Assembly (NCBI RefSeq): GCF_018977255.1
Contig: NW_024704742.1
Coordinates: 122,204,001-122,268,000, forward strand
DNA: 64,000 nt
DNA from: Callorhinchus milii
Lineage: Eukaryota
Direction: 5' to 3'
Positions 40,591 to 53,690 of this stretch are shown in pieces. Every line of letters starts with the position of its first letter. Position 1 is the first letter of the stretch. The notes beneath the pieces are model-generated. The model had not been told where the DNA came from. It ran no database searches and saw only the letters and a list, made by a program, of their open reading frames with translations. Position numbers and translations under genes: made by a program.

Positions 40591-41570
40591 TGATGATAAT
40601 ATCTCCATTGTATTCAGAAATCTTTGTGAAACCGCAGAGTTTTGTACATTCATAATCTATTGATTTCAATGTATGTTTGTAGACTTGAGCATTATTAAAT
40701 ATACCAGCCTGAGGCATGTCATGCACAAACTTGTTTAAAGAGAGCTTGGTCAGTGGAATGAATAAAAACATTGTAAGATTGTTCCTGTTACCTGAGAACA
40801 ATTACAAGGAATCTGATAAGGGGCTGATGAGATGCAAACCATAAGAGTGAAGTTCAATGAGGTTATGGGATGGGTTTATACCGTACATTCAACCATAGTT
40901 TTCATAACCCATCATCACAGTATCTATTTTCATCTGCAGTTTGACGGAACCGGGTTGAGAACATAGGGAAATAGGAACAGGGTCATTCATCCCATCGAGT
41001 CTCATTGTTGTTTGAGCAGGTTGTTGTGTACAAAATAGTGGCCTTATTTGCCTACAAAAACAGTCACTACATTTGACAGTAATACTTGTAATAAAATGCA
41101 AGTTCTTTCTACTTTTTCTTCATAATAAGTTAAATAACTGCCTGTTATGAAAGATGCTAAAAGTGACAAATCATGGCCATATATGTACAAAGAAGTTCTG
41201 TTTGGCAGACCAGTCTGTTCACTTGGACAATGCAGTGTTTGTAGATCGATTCATAGTGCATTGGTGCAGATGCAGCGGTGGTATAACTCCACCGCCCACA
41301 AATATACGGTCAATTCACTTTACAGTCTATTCTGTGAAGCGCTTTGAGACGTCGAGAATGCGTGAAAAGCGCTATATCAAATGCAAGGATTATTATTATT
41401 ATAACTAGCTAACTGAAAGAAATGAAGGCCTGACCACCATAGATGGGATGGGCAGGGGTAGGACATGTGGCAGGCCAGTGCCCACTGAGCAGTCAGGTCA
41501 GTATGGTGTTAATAAGAACAAACCAACAACGTACAAAAAAGAACCATAATCTGAAATGATGGCTTTCAGT

Positions 41571-41896
41571 TATAATAATAATAATAATAATCCTTGCATT
41601 TGATATAGCGCTTTTCACGTCGGGAGGACGTCCCAAAGCGCTTCACAGAACACACTGTAAAGTGAATTGACTGTATATTTGTGGGCGAACGCGGCAGCCA
41701 ATTGCGCACAGCAATGTCCAACAAACAGTCGTAGATTGAAAATGACCAATTTATTATTGTTTTTTGTTTTGGAGGGATTATTATTAGGCTCCGTGTGGAG
41801 TAAGGAAACTTGCCCAAGGTTTTGTCCTGCCTGGAATTGAACTCAGGTCTCTCGCTTGCAAAGCGAGTGCTCTAACCACTGAGCTACAGGACTCCA
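41571..41896 (-). mobile_element. Full-length young tRNA-derived SINE
   Basis: Near-identical to the 30071, 49084 and 51510 copies; possible CAGTT target duplication. Confidence 0.92.
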
Positions 41897-43273
41897 GTTG
41901 CTCTGTGAATGAGGTTAATTTCTCACTAAGACCCTCAATCAGTTTGCTGATTTCAAGTTGCAGTGCCCTTCTCTACAGAGTAATACTAACATTGTGTTAC
42001 AGAAACTTTGCTCTGCTTCCTAAAAGAAACTCTTCATGTTTCTACAGTGTAGTTTTTGGGTACAGATGCTGAGCTCCTCTTTCCGTTTCTTGCGCCTTTG
42101 ACTGCTGGGAGGAAGGTCAGAGTCGGTCAGTCACGCCACTATTTGTGAGCAAAATGCAAGATGTGGAATCTCGACCTCCATTTTTAAATCTCGTAAACAG
42201 ATCATGTTTCAAAGGTGATTTTTGATAAGTAAAGTGATTGAATAACAAGCTTTAAAACAATATCATTTATTTGTGAGCCACTGCGGCCTTACAGATGTTT
42301 AGCCCAAGTAGTAATAGCGGTATAAGTGCTCCGGGAGGCTACCCGCGTGAAGGGTGTTATATAAATGCAAGTTGTTGTTGTGTAATTTTTGTGAAGCTTA
42401 CAAGCCCGAGACCAAATTATACTGCCAGAAGCCTCAATCTTTTCCAACCATAGTCTGGCTGGGCACAAAAGCAACTAAATATCTCAGAGGCCAGGAAGTA
42501 TATAGAAAACCAAAAGAAAATGGATTGAACCCTAACATTAAATTCTCTTCTTTTGATCAAAAGTATTGATTCAACGATGCCATTCACTCAGGATGGCATA
42601 TGCTGCCTTACCTAAGGATTGTTTTTTACAGTGCCAGACTGCTTTTGTTTTGTTGGTATGCCGAGTTTGGGGCGATACAATAAATTACTGTGTCTGGAAT
42701 GAACAGCAACTTTTCACTATTGCTGTATTTAAATGGTGTTGGTGCCTCTTCACTCAGCTTCCAGACAGACTGGAACAGATTGAAATAGCTTGATCAGAAA
42801 TTGCGCCTGTCACATGCTGCTCGCTATTGTAAGTTAAGCAGGTAATGTATCTGCTGCGACAGTAGCCTTAAAGCGATACCTTTTAGCTCCCCTAATAACA
42901 GTAGTCAGCTTGGTGTTGGCCTGGCTGAGGTCAGAAGGTGATGGGTTCAAGCTTTTAAGTGGGCACTTTGAGTTCCCAGTCCAGGTTGATGCTCCTGGGC
43001 AGTACTGGAGCACAGCATTATCAGAGGTACCATTCTTCAGATGAAAACTTTTAAATGTTCTATGACTGAAAAGTGAAAGGAGTTTCTGGGCCATAATCTT
43101 TGATCATTCCATGGCTGTTTACTGTGTGCAAATTGGCTACTACATTTTCCTACAACAGTCACTACACTTGATTGTAATTATCTATGAACCATGTTTAGAT
43201 GTTACAGGCTCTGTATCAGATTGAAGGATTATCAGTAGTAGAAGCAGTGGAGTGAGGATGGGGTAAGGTGAAA

Positions 43274-43434
43274 TTAAATCATGAAGATAAGGCAAGACGC
43301 TGGTGTATACACCCAGTGAAGATAGGGCAAGATGAAATGGGTGCCACAGATCATCTCACTGTGTCACCCATTTCATCTTGCCCTATCCTCACCGTGTCTA
43401 TACACCAGCATCTTGCCTTACCTTCATGATTTAA
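43274..43434. repeat. 161-bp near-perfect inverted repeat (76-bp arms, 9-nt loop), TTAA at both ends
   Basis: Arm 43274-43349 against the reverse complement of 43359-43434: 69/76 matches by manual comparison. Confidence 0.92.
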
Positions 43435-43545
43435 AGGTTTACAGAATGTCTGACATAATATTCCAGCAGGGAATCATCGTACTTTACGGGGATAATAGGT
43501 AGCTGCCAGCAACTGTTTGTGGATTTATGATATAGCGCCTTATCA

Positions 43546-44017
43546 CAACAACAAAATTACATTTATAGAGCACCTTTCACGTCGGGAGGATGTCCCAAAG
43601 CGCTGAACAGTCAGCTGTTGGGGCCCGAGTATGGGGGAGGGGTGGTGTAGGGGTGAGCGAAGGCAGAGAGGTGGGAGTAAGACCAAAGGCACGGTCGAAG
43701 AGAAAGGTCTTGAGACCGACCTTGAAGGAGGCAAGGGAGGAAGTGAGACAAAGGGACCGTGGGAGGAGTTTCAGAGTGTGGGCCAGAGAGGCTGAAAGCC
43801 CGGCCACTGATGGTAGGGCGGGTTGGGCGGGAGACATGGAGCAGGCCGGAGTCCGATGAACGGAGGGAGCGGGCAGGTTGGTAGGGAGTCAGCAGGTCAG
43901 AGAGGTAGGAGGGGGCAAGGCCATGAATGGCCTTAAAGATGAGGACGAGGATCCTGAACTCGATCCTCTGGGGGATAGGGAGCCAGTGGAGTCGGGCGAG
44001 GGTGGGAGTGATGGGGT
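43546..44017 (-). mobile_element. Young L2 3' fragment inserted into a SINE (SINE pieces at 43523-43547 and 44018-44250)
   Basis: DPITPTLARLHWLPIPQRIEFRILVLIFKAIHGLAPSYL; flanks are consecutive parts of the long-subfamily SINE. Confidence 0.9.
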
Positions 44018-45481
44018 CTGTATATTTTGTGGGCAAATTGCAGCAGCCAAGTACACTCAGCAGTGTCCCACAAACATTTGTAAATTGAGTGACCAAATGA
44101 TGATGATTTTTTTTTAAGGGATTATTGGCCCGGGAAAGCGAGCTGCCAATCGACTAACAACCACGTTTCTAATTACTGCTTGGTAAACAGAGCCACATGA
44201 AGTAAGGAAACTTGCCTAAGATTTGCCCAACCAGGAATTGAACCCAGTGAGGTTCACAGTAACCACTACTCTAACGGACTTACAATAAATCTTTAAGTAG
44301 AACTCTAAGCGTAGAACTTTTCAGAACTTGCAGACTTTTGCAACAAAAAGGAAACTGATTCAGCAGATTTGTGAAATATGCTGGATTAATCCTGCTTCAA
44401 GACCTCTGATGAAGTTTAAACCAATTCTGTAATTGTAGTTTTATTATTAATAATAATTCTTGCATTTAATACAGTACCTTATCACGTCATCGGAAGTTTC
44501 AAAGGATTTGTTTTAAAGTGTAGACCGTGTAATGCAAACACATTATAATATATCAAGTGGTAGGTGATTGAAAAAGGCTTGTCACCATGCATGATGTTAG
44601 ACACAACCTTTTGTATGTTTTTACTCTGGAGAATTGTAGAACCTCCGAAGCTGGAACCAAAATCCCCAGAAAATAACATGTGGAACAGAACAGAAGCTGG
44701 AATCCAAACTTAAAGCTCCCAAAAATCAAAGTAAACACAAGTGATGCTGATCTTCATGTGGCTGAAAATATTCTAGTAAAGGCAAATTTAAAAATTCCAA
44801 GATATCCTCCAATGTATTAGACACTGACGCATGGCAAGCTTCCAACTGGCAGGGTCCACGGGCAGCTTCACAAGGAGTTCAGCTTAGTGCAGTCAACCAT
44901 TCTATAACTCTAATACATTTTCTTACAGCAATATGCAGTTGCCAAAATGTATCACTCACTTTCTATTAAGATCTATTTATGTTGAAGTGACCTGTAGCTC
45001 AAGATATTAAGCCCTATAATAGCAACTCAGAAGATCGCAAATTCAAGTCTTATATCTCTGCCCCTCCTCAAAAAATAACTATTTCAGGGAAAGATTGATT
45101 CCATATTATTGTATGTGTTAGAGCCACATGAGTATGTACAAGAGAACAACATGCTCACTGGTTCCCACGTCAGCTTTTGGTGTAGCTGTTTTCTCTGTAT
45201 CTAGCTAAAAGTCAGAACTAAATAAGGAACACAATTTTAACACAACTTGCCAGAAAACACAGACATTTTCTACACAGAGGGGGTAGGTCGGTGCCAACGT
45301 TTCAGTGTCATTAGAGTCTGAAACCGACAGAAAAAATTCCATTTTAACCAAAGATAACAGCAATGAGCCACGGACAAGACTGTAGACATTCCTCCACTTG
45401 AATTAATTCCATAAGTGACAACACCCTCCTACCTGTCATGTGTGCCTTCATTCAATTCTGATGATGAGCTTTCTTCTAACC

Positions 45482-45678
45482 CAGGGTGGTACAACTGGTG
45501 GCCTGAGAGCCATTTTCACCCGGAAACCCCCATCTCATCTGGCCCACCTGCTCCCTCCATAACCCGTAAATGTTGTTATTTTTCTGGAGGGGAAACCCAA
45601 AAATATTGCTTATTTGGCCCCTGGACGTTTCTCAAATAGGGCATCAGCCCTCAGCAGCCAAAAGGTTGGACCGACCTA
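45482..45678. mobile_element. Possible decayed hAT/Charlie-type MITE
   Basis: Ends CAGGGTGGTACAAC and GTTGGACCGACCTA (10/14 inverted match) with sub-terminal GGCC motifs; no clean 8-bp TSD. Confidence 0.45.
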
Positions 45679-46605
45679 CAACCAATATTTCCCAGGTTGG
45701 TGAATGTATATATAATAGTAATCCTTTTGATGTAGTGCCTTATCACATTATAGAGATATCTTAACAGGATTTTATTGTGGGGTAGGTGAAAATGGCAGTC
45801 AATTTAGCATGCAGTAATTTCCCTCTAACAGCCATGAAGTGAATGATCAACTTAATTTGGGGAATCAAGTGCACTGCAAGAAACTCCCTTCGCTTTTTCG
45901 AATGGTGCATTGGATTATTATCCTCCACTTGAACAGACAGATAGTATATCGATTACCATCTCATCCGAAGAACAGCACATCCAACAATGGAGCATTCCCC
46001 CGGCATCATATTGAAGTGTCAGTCCAGACTGTGAATTCAAAGTCACAACATGGGCTTCAACTTGCAGAGTGCTATCAATTGAGCCAGGTATCCGCTCAGG
46101 TTTATTATTCAAAAGAATGCAACTGTCTTGAAAATGCCGAGGAATATTGACAGGGGTGCATTGGGTTATTTTCTCAACCCATTTAAAATCCTGTATACCA
46201 CAATAAGGTTCCCTCTGAAATTACTCTTTTCAAGAACGAAGAGTCCAACTTTTCTAATAGCTGTTCAGAGTTCATTCTTTTTAGTTCCTAGTTTCTAATT
46301 CTGTGCTGTAAATTTCTATGAGTTTATGATTCTGTTTTCTAACACTGGGGGTTATCCTCGTTGCTCTCCTCTGCACGGCATCTAGGGCCTGAGTAGCTCT
46401 CTTATGTCACAGCGACCAGAACTGTTTTGCTGTACTCTAAGTGCGGCCTGACCAGTGCTCTGTACTGGAGTACGGCTTCTGCGGATCTGAACTGCACTGA
46501 TTTGGCAATAATAGCCCTGTTTGCCTTGTTCTTAAAGGTGAACCTGACTATAAGGATTGTTTAATAAAACAGACAGCTGAGTCCCTTGGAGAAGGCTGTT
46601 GGTGC

Positions 46606-48230
46606 TCAACATAGATAAGTCACCTGGTCCGGACGGGGATGCATCCTAGGTTACTGAGGGAAGCAAGGGTGGAAATAGCAAAGGCACTGGCCACAATCTT
46701 TCAATCCTCTTTGGACACTGGAGTGGTGCCAGAGGACTGGAAGGTTGCAAATGTTACTCCCCTGTACAAAAAGGGGCAGAAGGATAAACCTGAGAACTAC
46801 AGGTCAATCAGCCTAACATCAGTAGTATGGAAACTTCTGGAGACTATAATCTGGGACAATATAAATTCTCACTGAGAAAAATATAGTTGAATAAAGGACA
46901 GTCCACACGGATTTGATAAAGGCAGATCATGTCTGACAAACCTAATAGAATTTTTTTATGAAGTGACTGAGAGGGTGGGTGAAGGTAGTGCAGTAGACAT
47001 AGTTTATCTAGATTTTCAAAAGGCATTTGACAAAGTGCAACATAAGAGACTTATAAACAAAATAGAAGCCCATGGTATTAAAGGGCCTGTGGCAACATGG
47101 ATCCAGAACTGGCTAGGAGACAGAAAGCAGAGAGTAAATGGTTGCTTTTCTGACTGGAGGGAAGTGTGTAGTGGTGACCCACAGGGGTCGGTATTGGGAC
47201 CACTGCTCTTTCTGATCTATATTAATGATCTGGACCTGGATATGGGGAGCACAATTTACAAATTTGCAGACGATACTAAGCTAGGAAAAGTTGTAATGGT
47301 GAGGAGGATAGCACCAGACTCCAAGAGAACTTGGTAAAATAGGTAGAAACGTGGCAGATGAGGTTTAATGTGGAGAAATGGGAAGTGTTGCATTTTGGTA
47401 GGAAAAATTAGGAGAGGTAGGAAAAGCTAGAGGGTGCAATCTTAAAGGGGGCAAATGAACAGAGAGACCTGGGGGTCCACATAAGCAAATCTCTGAAGGT
47501 GGCAGGATAGGTAGATAAAGCTGTTAAAAAAGCATACGAGATACTAGGTTTTATAAATGGGGGCATAGAATTCAAAAGTCAGGAGGTTATGTTGAATATT
47601 TATAAAATGCTGGTTAGGCCTCAGTTCAAGTACTGCATTCAATTCTGGGCACCGCACTTTAGGAAAGATGTTAGGGCATTGGAGAGAGTGCAAAGGAGAT
47701 TTACCAGGATGGTACCAGGAATGAAGGACCTTAGTTATGAGGAGAGATTAGCAAAACTAGGATTATTCTCCCTAGACCGAGAAGATTAAGAGGGGATTTA
47801 ATAGAGGTTTTCAAGATCATAAGAGGATTTGATAGTTTGAACCGGGAAAAACTGTTTCCACTGGCGGGTGGGTCAGTAACACGAGAACACCGATTTTAGT
47901 TAGTTGTTAAAAGAAAAAGAGGGGAGGTTAGGAAAAAAATTTCACCCAGCGAGTTGTTCGGATCTGGATGCATTACCTGAAAGGGTAGTGGAAACCGATT
48001 CAATAACAACTTTTAAGAGAGGAGTAGATGGGTATTTGGGGAGGACAAGATAGCAGGGCTCTGAAACGCTCTGAAACACCGTCTGGTGTGGAGGGCGTTA
48101 TATGAATCCAAGTGTTTTTGTTGTTGGCTATGGAGAGAAAGCAGGTCAGTGGGATTGAATTGGATTATTCTTTTTGGAGCCGGCACAGGCACGATGGACA
48201 GAATGGCCTCTTTCTGTGCTGTATGATTCT
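46606..48230 (+). mobile_element. CR1 LINE ORF2 (RT) plus 3'UTR, decayed
   Basis: [47 protein letters not shown] and QFWAPHFRKD motifs; multiple stops; 3' end GAATGGCCTCTTTCTGTGCTGTATGATTCT. Confidence 0.96.
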
Positions 48231-49083
48231 AAGTGTAGGCTTACAACCAATTTCCTTTATTGAGCCACATGCACACAAAAAGGTTTTTCTTATATGCTGT
48301 ATAGATTTTTCTTTTGTAGGACTGGGTGGCTTGCTCCTGTGCCTATACTCTTACGTAATAATAATAATCCTTCCACTTGATATAGCACCTTATCACATCA
48401 TTGAGACATCGCAAAGTGCTTCACAGTATACATTGTAAAGTGGATTGACTGTATTTTGTGGACAAAATGCAGCAGCCAGTTTTGCGTACCACAGATTCCC
48501 ACAAACAGCATGCAAGAATCTTAGCTAGGATAGGAGAAACTCATTTTCAAATATTGTCATGGAATCTTTAATGTCTACCTGAAGAGACAGTTATTGGGAC
48601 CTTGGTTGAACGTCTCATTTAAGGACCTAAAAAATGCAGCGCTCCACCAGCACTGCATTGAAGTGTCACCTTAGACTGTGAGCTTAAAAGTCCTGCCTGT
48701 TTTTACATCAAGGAATTTTATCATAACAAATTAATTATACACCAGTACCTGCTAGATCCAAAACATTGCTGCCTATGCCAGTCCCTGTTTTTTTTGAGTC
48801 AGCCAGGTATGTGATGCATGTGGAAATCCATCATCATGCTTACGAATATGCGAACAGTAAGAGCTCCACATATGGAAAATTTCTTGTGTGTGGAATGGAA
48901 TGTGCACTCCCTCCCTGAGGAATGCACTTCTACTTATCTAATTCCAGAGAGCATTAGGGGCATGTTGGCGAGAGCCAAGTCTTGGGGACCCTAGACTGTG
49001 CGTTTGGGCTATTGCCAGAGTTTGACGAACTAAAACCTTGTAGCTTGCAATTATTCCCACTGTTTCTCCAGTTGGGACCATCC

Positions 49084-49378
49084 TAGCTCAGTGGTTAGAG
49101 CACTCGCTTTGCAAGTGAGAGATCTGAGTTCAATTCCAGGCAGGGCGAAACCTTGGGCAAGTTTCCTTACTCCACACGCCTAATAATAATCCCTCCAAAA
49201 AACCCAAAACAATAATTAAATTGGTCATTTTCAATCTACGACTGTTTGTGGGACATTGCTGTGCGCAATTGGCTGCCGCGTTCGCCCACAAATATACAGT
49301 CAATTCACTTTACAGTGTGTTCTGTGAAGCGCTTTGGGACGTCCTCCTGACGTGAAAAGCGCTATATCAAATGCAAGG

Positions 49379-49410
<32 letters not shown>
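49084..49410 (+). mobile_element. Young tRNA-derived SINE with a long (ATT)n tail
   Basis: Near-identical to the other young copies; ATCCTA appears at both junctions (likely TSD). Confidence 0.92.
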
Positions 49411-51509
49411 CCTAACCATTAGGGCTTTGGCTTGCAGGGCAACAGGAGCTGAGTGGAAAGAATCCCTGTTCTCAGTCACTGGTCTGTCCTACTGATGAGC
49501 CAGGCTGACTGGGATGTGATCAGCAATGCCCCAGGAGTACTGTGGACTTGCCTGGCTCAAAAACTGAACTACCGAGATTGCCACAGAGGCTTGACTCAAT
49601 TCCAAGATTCTCCTGCCAAGCACATCAGATTCCACTTACCTTTCTCCCCCCACACCCTAACAATAGTTGGTCATTTGACACCCTGTGAGCATGTGCTTGA
49701 GCCCTCAATAGATCAATAGCAGATGGTCCAAATAGCTGCTTGGTCCAAAAAAACACTGAAGAATAAGGGGAATGAGCAAAAGAATAGTATTACAGTGAAC
49801 TGATCGAACAGGGAGCTAACACAATAATTTGAATGACCTTCTTCAATGTTGTGACATTCTACGATTCTACAAAGCATTGCTGCCAAGCCAGTATTTCCTT
49901 TTCTAAAGGCAAGCCAGAGATTAACAACTCACCATGGTGATACTATCTGCCTTGATCTGGTTTCAGATTTACTGAAAATTGTAGTGATATTTCATATCTG
50001 TTGTCTACTTCTTTATAGATCTGTATCTCATTTTCAGTGTGCAAAACAGAAGGCAGGATTTCAAACTCTTGTCAACCACTTCACACTAAAGGATTAAAAA
50101 TCTAGCTTTCACTGTAGAGATAAGGTACTCAACTAAACAAAACTGAATGTCATCAAATGGATTTCACTTCTTCAGTATCAATGTTCAGAGTACAATTATA
50201 ACCTGTCACCACTGTATCAATGAAAATTGCAGCAAAACCTGGTAACTTTCTTATAACATGACTTAACAGTCCAAGAATACTCTACTACAACAACAACAAC
50301 TTGTATTTATATAGCACCCTTCACATGGGGTAGAGTCCCAGAGTGCTCAAACAAAACTAAATGGCAACAAAACTATACACTAAGTGGCTGATGAGCAAAA
50401 CATCATTAGCGATGATATGTAAATAAGTAACTAAGTAACTAAGTAACTAAAGCATTGCATCAAGAGTCAGTACACAATATGATCCTGTCTGCAGACACTT
50501 TCTCTGAAAAGTGGCAAAGCTTTGGTAGTGAAAAATGGTTGTTCTCTAGTGCACAACAGAGGATCTGCAGTGACATTATTTTATATCTCATTTTTTTTTC
50601 CTTTCATTGTAAAGTCTCTGCTGAATAAATTCCATTCTAAACCCTCATCACTCTGGCTGCAGATGCACTTGAACAGGAAGATATTCAGACAGACGGATTA
50701 AAAATAGAAATGTCTCCTTAATTGTGTCGGTGTTAACCAAAACCTCTGCAAAATCCTTGTAGCTAATAGACAAGAAAAAAGTCTTCCAAGCACTCCAGTA
50801 TTGCTCCTCGCTAACTGTTTAAAGTACAATTAATTTATCAAGTGACAAGATTAAAATAAAACTAGTATGAGTGGAGGTTGTTTTATCGAAAACTAAACTG
50901 GGAATAAAAATCACTGATTTAAACTTTGAACAATCTTGGTAATAACTGTCAGCATCTGATTAATTTTCCCCTAATGTGCAAACTGTTACCGTTGCTTAAG
51001 AGTAAGTAATAATAATAATAAGCCTTACATTTGATTTAGTGCCTTATCACATGCTCAAGATATCTCAAAGATCATTATTGTGATGATTCCAGCTCTGGTT
51101 TATCGCTGATTTTGGAGATGAGTTCTGTACTGAATGCCTGAATCTATTTCCTAATGAGTAGTTTGAATGTGAATGTTCTTGCGGTTGCCAGGCTGAGTCC
51201 CAGGAGATCAGCATTTTTAATTTTTTTTTGCTAAGAGGAGCAGAGTCAGTCCATCCCTGAACTCACATTACACTGTAATATATACACTTAATAAGAGCAA
51301 TCAATTAGCAGCGTTGTGATCAAACTGATAGCAGAGATCATTCTGCTTTTAAACCAACAACAGACGTTTCCTATGTACCAAACTACCGCCACTCCCTGTG
51401 GTTTATTAAACTCTCTTGTGCAGATAGAACTCTAAACAGACCAGTAAAGTATTTTTGAAGGCAATCTTGGCAGCCATTTGCCCAAGCAAAGTCCCCCAAA
51501 ACAGCAATA

Positions 51510-51826
51510 GTAATAATAATAATAATAATCCTTGCATTTGATATAGCGCTTTTCACGTCGGGAGGACGTCCCAAAGTGCTTCACAGAACACACTGTAAAG
51601 TGAATTGACTATATATTTGTGGGCGAACGCGGCAGCCAATTGCGCACAGCAATGTGCCACAAACAGTCGTAGATTGAAAATGACCAATTTATTTTTGGTT
51701 TTGGAGGGATTATCATTAGGTGTGTGGAGTAAGGAAACTTGCCCAAGGTTTCGCCCTGCCTGGAATTGAACTCAGGTCTCTCGCTTGCAAAGCGAGTGCT
51801 CTAACCACTGAGCTACAGGACTGCAC
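51510..51826 (-). mobile_element. Young tRNA-derived SINE
   Basis: Reverse complement of the 49084 copy with few differences. Confidence 0.92.
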
Positions 51827-52375
51827 AATGAGGTGAATGACCAATTGCTGGCCACTTCCCATCCAAAGTATAACAAGAGTAAAGCACTGCGCCTCACTTC
51901 ATCATGTCCAGGACCCCGGTCCCAGGGATAAGCATTGTAACCACATTGTAATAAAATGATCATGGATCATTGCATTTGATATTGTGACTGTCTTATGTCG
52001 TTGAAACCTCTCAAAATCCTTCACAGGATTTAACTGTAAAGTGTAGTGACTGTGTATTTGTAGACCAACTAGGATGGAATTTCTTCCGTGCTGCGTGAAT
52101 AATGTGAGAGGAGCAGTACGATAGCTTCTATGCTTCTACAATTATGGTCCTATAAGTTACACTTTGAGAAATTGATGCTTATTACTCATGTTGTTTACTG
52201 CTCTGAGGTTTCTAGGGATAGGAGGAAACGGATCACTCACATCACTAGCCTGGGCCAGGAATCTCAAAAACAAATGAGATTGAAAAAGCTGTAGTTCATG
52301 TCTGCCCTCTTTTGACCCTATTCTCTAAATTTCCTGTCTACGAGTAGATAATTATTTGGGGAGGACAAGTTTGTA

Positions 52376-53179
52376 CTGCTGTCCTGACAGACAGCCTGTT
52401 CGGTCATCAAGTCCTGGATGAGGGCAAATTTCCTACAGTTGAATGTGAACAAGACTGAGGCCCTCCTGATTGGTTCACGCCAGTGCCTCTGCACTTCAGG
52501 CTCTGGCAGCATCAACCTCCATGGCTGCACACTACAACTCACCAAGTCAGTCAGGAACCTCGGTGTCTTGTTCGACCCTTAACTATCTTTTCTCCCTCAC
52601 ATCCAAGCCATGACCCATTCTGCCTTCCCTCATCTCCGTAACAGCACCCGACTCCACCACTACCTCACCCCTCAGGCTACTGAAACTCTTGTTCATGTCT
52701 TCATAACCTCCAGGCTCGACTATGCAAACGCCCTGCTTGTCGGCCTTCCCAACTCCTCCCTCCACAGGCTGCAAATAATCCAGTATTCTGCAGCCCGTGT
52801 CCTCTCCCGCACCAAACTCCGTGACCCCATCTCCATTCTCACCCTCGTAACCCCCTACCAACCCGCCCGCTCCCTCCGCTCAGCCGGCTCTGGTCTGCTC
52901 CATGTCCCCTGACCCACCCACCCCACCATTGGCGGGAGAGCGTTCAGCCACTCTGCCCCCAACCTCTGGAATTCCATCCCCCAATCATTCCGCCTCGCCG
53001 CCTCCTTCAAGTCCCGCCTGAAAGCCCTCCTTCGACCATGCCATCGGACACCCCCCTTCCCCTCCCTTCTCTCTCCTGACCCCAACTCGGTCTGAAATGC
53101 TGTACACTGTCCAGCACCTTGGGACGTCCTCCTGATGTGAAAGGCGCTATACAAATGTAATCTTGTTGTTGTTGTTGTA
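52376..53179 (+). mobile_element. L2 3' fragment inserted in a CR1 3' end (CR1 pieces at 52342-52375 and 53180-53290)
   Basis: [34 protein letters not shown] motifs; TTGTA at both junctions. Confidence 0.92.
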
Positions 53180-53489
53180 GGGCTATGGGGAGAGAGTGGA
53201 GTTGTGGGATTGATTTGGATAGATCTTTTCAAATAGCCGGCACAGACACAATGGGCCGAATGGTCACCTTCTGTGCTGTATAATTCTATGAGCCTAGCTC
53301 AGTTGTTAGCACTGATGCTTCTGAGCTGTAACTTCAAGCCCCACTTCAGGACTTTGAACTGTGGGCTGTCATTCCAATGCATGCTGCTGAGTGCTATATT
53401 ATTGAAGATGCTATCTTGGATGAGACATTAAACTGAGGTCCAGCCTGTCTATTCAGGTGGAAATTAAAGATCACATGATTTGAAAAGAG

Positions 53490-53690
53490 TTTGGTTAGAC
53501 CACAATTGGAATACTGTGTGCCATTCTGGTCTCCACACTACGAGAAGGATGTAGCAGCAATGGGAAAAGTACAGAGTTTTACTAAGAACTATGCCAGGGC
53601 TGGCAGGTTACTGCTATTAGGATAGACTGGATAGGTTAGACCTTTTTCGCTAGAGAAGAAACATTTAAGAAAGGACCTAATTCAGGTATA
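53490..53690 (+). mobile_element. Old CR1 fragment
   Basis: LVRPQLEYCVPFWSPHYEKDV translation. Confidence 0.75.

Noticed and set aside
46606..48230. Intact or domesticated reverse transcriptase gene
   Set aside because: Multiple stops and frameshifts and 5' truncation; an ordinary dead CR1. The same applies to the L2 at 31996-33376.
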